DNA of 64,000 nt from the NCBI RefSeq assembly GCF_001194135.2, contig NC_068990.1, positions 14,538,183 through 14,602,182 of the forward strand. Reading direction: 5' to 3'. Both the position numbers and the translations under genes were made by a program. Position 1 is the stretch's first letter. Each line of letters opens with the position of its first letter. The DNA is from Octopus bimaculoides. Lineage: Eukaryota. This document shows positions 1 through 64,000 of the stretch, piece by piece. The notes under the pieces are model-generated. The model worked only from the letters and a program-made list of their open reading frames with translations, did no database searches and was not told the DNA's origin.

Positions 1-1016
1 AATGAGAATAAAATTGTTTTATCATCACCATCATCGTCATTTAATGTTTGTTTTCTCTGCTGGCATGGATTGGACAATTTGACAAGAGCTAGATAGAGGG
101 CAGTACCAAGCTTAATTATCTATTTTGTCACGGTTTCAACAGCTGGATGCCCTTCCCAATACCAACCACTTTACAGAGTGTACAGGGTGCTTTTTTTTTT
201 GTGGCACCAGTACCAGTGGGAGCCACAAAATATATTGTGAATTTGCTTGTGGGGCTTGAATGCCACATCTGCTATAAGCCATATGCCTGTATTTGATTAA
301 TATTCATTAAATGAGATAAGTTTAAGTGTTGTGAGAACAAGTAAGGTCTGATATTTTAGGCAGAGCTCTTTGAATTAAAAAGTGAAAATGCATACTTTTC
401 TTACAAATTTTATTTTTTGTTTTTTCTGCTGATTCAGACAGTTATTTATTTTTTAATTATATTTCAAACTTTAACACATCAAACTAGTACCCACATCAAG
501 TGAACTAACTGTGAGTTTTTTTTTTTTTTTGTTTTTTTTTGTTTTTTTATCAAAACAACTAAAACACAACCAAAATTTAAGTGCAGCATTTTTCTGTTCT
601 GAAATCCTCACTCTGACATTATACTTCTCTTCAGAGAACTGATAGTTCATTTTGCTGTATTCCCTTTCAAAGACAGAATTGGTTGGATGGTTCAACAAAT
701 CAGAAGATTTTGTTATGTTTTTTTAAGCTAATGTTTAAAACATAAAACCTTCAATCAAAATTTCATGTTATTTCAATCACTTTAAAACTAGAAATTTATG
801 TCGTTGAACCAAGGACAGTTTCAGAGATGTTGGTATGAAATGAGTTAACACAATGGTGCTACCAAGTATTGAACTTATGTCAAAGACTTGTTTTCAAGTA
901 GATATTTTTCCCAAAACCTACAGCACTAAAAATAGAAGATATTAAAATGAACTTTTACTAAGATCTCTTGCAGTTAACAATACAATATAAAACAAATCGG
1001 CTTTAACAAAACTTAC

Positions 1017-61648
<60,632 letters not shown>

Positions 61649-62004
61649 CTGTAACAAGCAAACAATTTAATTAACCAGGTGAGAGAATTTATGAACAAAC
61701 ATTTTCTTCGTTATTGTGTTTTGGGAGGGTCACTGTGTCAATAATAATTACACATACACAATATCACTTCTTCATTGTTAGTCAATTGGTTAAAAATCTA
61801 ACCAACTAACTAATCGATTGTCTGATTAAAGGTTGATTGTTAGCCAATGTTCTTCCATCACTGTTCATGACCTCAGTGACTTCTCTAATTTTCTCTATTA
61901 GATAAGCATATACTGGCACCAGCCTGCATATTGTGTATGCTGTTTGTGGTTAGTTAATTACAATATCAGTAATGAAATGTTTTGATCATGACTATATGGT
62001 TAAG

Positions 62005-62174
62005 AGAGGGAGAGAGAGAGAGAGAGACAGAGCAAGAGAAAGAAAGAGAGAGTGAGAGAGAGAGCAAGAGAAGGCAAGAGAGTAAGAGAGAAAAAGAGAG
62101 TAGGAGAGAGCAAGAGAGAGATAGCAAGAGAAAGAAAGAGAGTAAGAGAGAGAGAGAGAGAGCGAGAGAGCAAA

Positions 62175-62208
<34 letters not shown>

Positions 62209-62298
62209 CAAGAGAGAGAGAGAGCAAGAGAGAGAGAGAGAGAGCAAGAGAGAGCAAGAGAGAGCAAGAGAGAGAGAGAGCAAGAGAAAGCAAGAGAG
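62005..62298. repeat. (GA)-rich tract running into a gap
   Basis: Direct reading. Confidence 0.95.
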
Positions 62299-62975
62299 NN
62301 NNNNNNNNNNNNNNNNNNNNNNNNNNNNNNNNNNNNNNNNNNNNNNNNNNNNNNNNNNNNNNNNNNNNNNNNNNNNNNNNNNNNNNNNNNNNNNNNNNNN
62401 NNNNNNNNNNNNNNNNNNNNNNNNNNNNNNNNNNNNNNNNNNNNNNNNNNNNNNNNNNNNNNNNNNNNNNNNNNNNNNNNNNNNNNNNNNNNNNNNNNNN
62501 NNNNNNNNNNNNNNNNNNNNNNNNNNNNNNNNNNNNNNNNNNNNNNNNNNNNNNNNNNNNNNNNNNNNNNNNNNNNNNNNNNNNNNNNNNNNNNNNNNNN
62601 NNNNNNNNNNNNNNNNNNNNNNNNNNNNNNNNNNNNNNNNNNNNNNNNNNNNNNNNNNNNNNNNNNNNNNNNNNNNNNNNNNNNNNNNNNNNNNNNNNNN
62701 NNNNNNNNNNNNNNNNNNNNNNNNNNNNNNNNNNNNNNNNNNNNNNNNNNNNNNNNNNNNNNNNNNNNNNNNNNNNNNNNNNNNNNNNNNNNNNNNNNNN
62801 NNNNNNNNNNNNNNNNNNNNNNNNNNNNNNNNNNNNNNNNNNNNNNNNNNNNNNNNNNNNNNNNNNNNNNNNNNNNNNNNNNNNNNNNNNNNNNNNNNNN
62901 NNNNNNNNNNNNNNNNNNNNNNNNNNNNNNNNNNNNNNNNNNNNNNNNNNNNNNNNNNNNNNNNNNNNNNNNNNN
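62299..62975. other. Assembly gap (largest); others at 7354-7633, 26902-27001, 34523-35014, 42684-42857, 44341-44445, 53190-53444, 57844-57908
   Basis: N runs, nearly all abutting microsatellites or repeats. Confidence 0.99.
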
Positions 62976-63062
62976 ACGTGCATGCACATGAGGGTGTGTG
63001 TGTGAGTGTGTGTATATATATATATATACACACAAACACACACACACACACATATATATACA

Positions 63063-63290
63063 AGGCGGCGAGCTGGCAGAAACATTAGCACGCATGGCGA
63101 AATGCTTAGCGATATTTCGTCTGCCGCTACGTTCTGAGTTCAAATTCCGCCGAGGTCAACTTTACCTTTCACCCTTTCGGGGTCAATTAAATAAATACCA
63201 GTTACGCACTGGGGTCGATCGACTTAATCCATTTATCTGTCCTTGTTTGTCCCCTCTGTGTGTAGCCCCTTGTGGGTTGTAAAGAAATAA
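63063..63290 (+). mobile_element. SINE family A (tRNA-like head), near full length; also 50355-50592(-) and fragments at about 4165, 5905, 14712, 14945, 24740, 30510, 33290, 37480, 49220, 51715, 52040, 58250, 60590
   Basis: GGCGGCGAGCTGGCAGAA (A-box-like), GAGTTCAAATTCC (B-box-like), core cctttcatcctttcggggtcgataaaataagtaccag shared by all copies. Confidence 0.85.
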
Positions 63291-63419
63291 TACATATATA
63301 TATACATATATGTATGCATGTATGTATGCATGCTTATGTACAGTGATGAGCCAAGAAATGCTTGTTAATTAAAGTGAAGATTATGGACAAGATAACCATA
63401 AACATTTTGGCACTTGTTG

Positions 63420-63600
63420 TCCACCATTGTGGTTTGGAGGGCACAAACCTGTACATTTTCTGGTAGATCCATCCACAACATTCACCTTTTGCAATACATC
63501 ATATGAAGGATTGGCTATAAACCTAACATCGATGGGGCAGAGGTCTGTTTGGATCTATCAAAAGTTTTCAAAAGAGTTCAGCATCACACTTGGCAGTTGA
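63420..63600 (+). mobile_element. CR1-like reverse-transcriptase remnant
   Basis: NIDGAEVCLDLSKVFKRVQH resembles the RT motif 'D.G..VD..YLD.SKAFD.V.H'; TNL motif upstream. Confidence 0.55.
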
Positions 63601-64000
63601 CCTCAGTATAGCTAAGATCCCATTTTCAGAAGTTGGGCTGCTTAAATGTTCAGCTGAAGCTACGGGTTAGTCGGACTAAATACTAAATGGCCAACTATCA
63701 GAACTGTTTTTAATGAAATGCTTGATCCATTTGCGTGTTCTCTAACATTGCTCTTGTGTGTGTTGGCTCTTGAGCCTTTGCATCAAAAGTCAGATGCTTT
63801 CCACTTAAAATGAGATGCAAAGGAGCCATGTCAACATAGGTGGAGGATGTCACTGGTGGTGATGGTGGTGGTGGTGGTGGTGGTGGTGGTGGTGGTGTGA
63901 GGAGGAGGAGCAGGAGGAGGAGCAGGAGGAGGTTAGAAATTTGAGACTTACATTCACCAGGCTTTGATTTTGTTGTTTGGTTTTGCAACATTATGTTATC

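Overview
Eukaryotic, AT-rich, microsatellite- and SINE-dense genomic DNA with 8 N-gaps. The repeat landscape suggests an octopus or other coleoid cephalopod (inference). The whole window lies inside one large minus-strand gene that is open at both ends. I traced 34 GT-AG exons by hand (61648 down to 1017, 5398 nt, about 1799 codons, frame continuous across every junction). They encode a secreted gel-forming mucin / VWF / hemolectin / SCO-spondin-type protein: VWD1(part)-C8-TIL-TILa-VWD2-C8-TIL-TILa-TIL'-TILa-VWD3-C8-TIL-TILa-PTS-LDLa-PTS-TIL-VWC-PTS-FA58C(divergent)-PTS-TIL-VWC-PTS-LDLa-VWC-. Introns contain at least three SINE families, LINE remnants (RTE, R4/Dong-like, CR1/L2-like), a mariner remnant and several MITEs. 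Most notable: a tRNA-derived palindrome joined to a Penelope-type hammerhead-ribozyme motif (16.6-16.9 kb), a triplicated exon cassette with swapped LDLa/FA58C cargo, GDPH sites in D2 and D3, and several long intronic foldbacks. Most ORFs in the supplied track are microsatellite or gap artefacts. All coordinates were counted manually, no database searches were run, and repeat boundaries are approximate.
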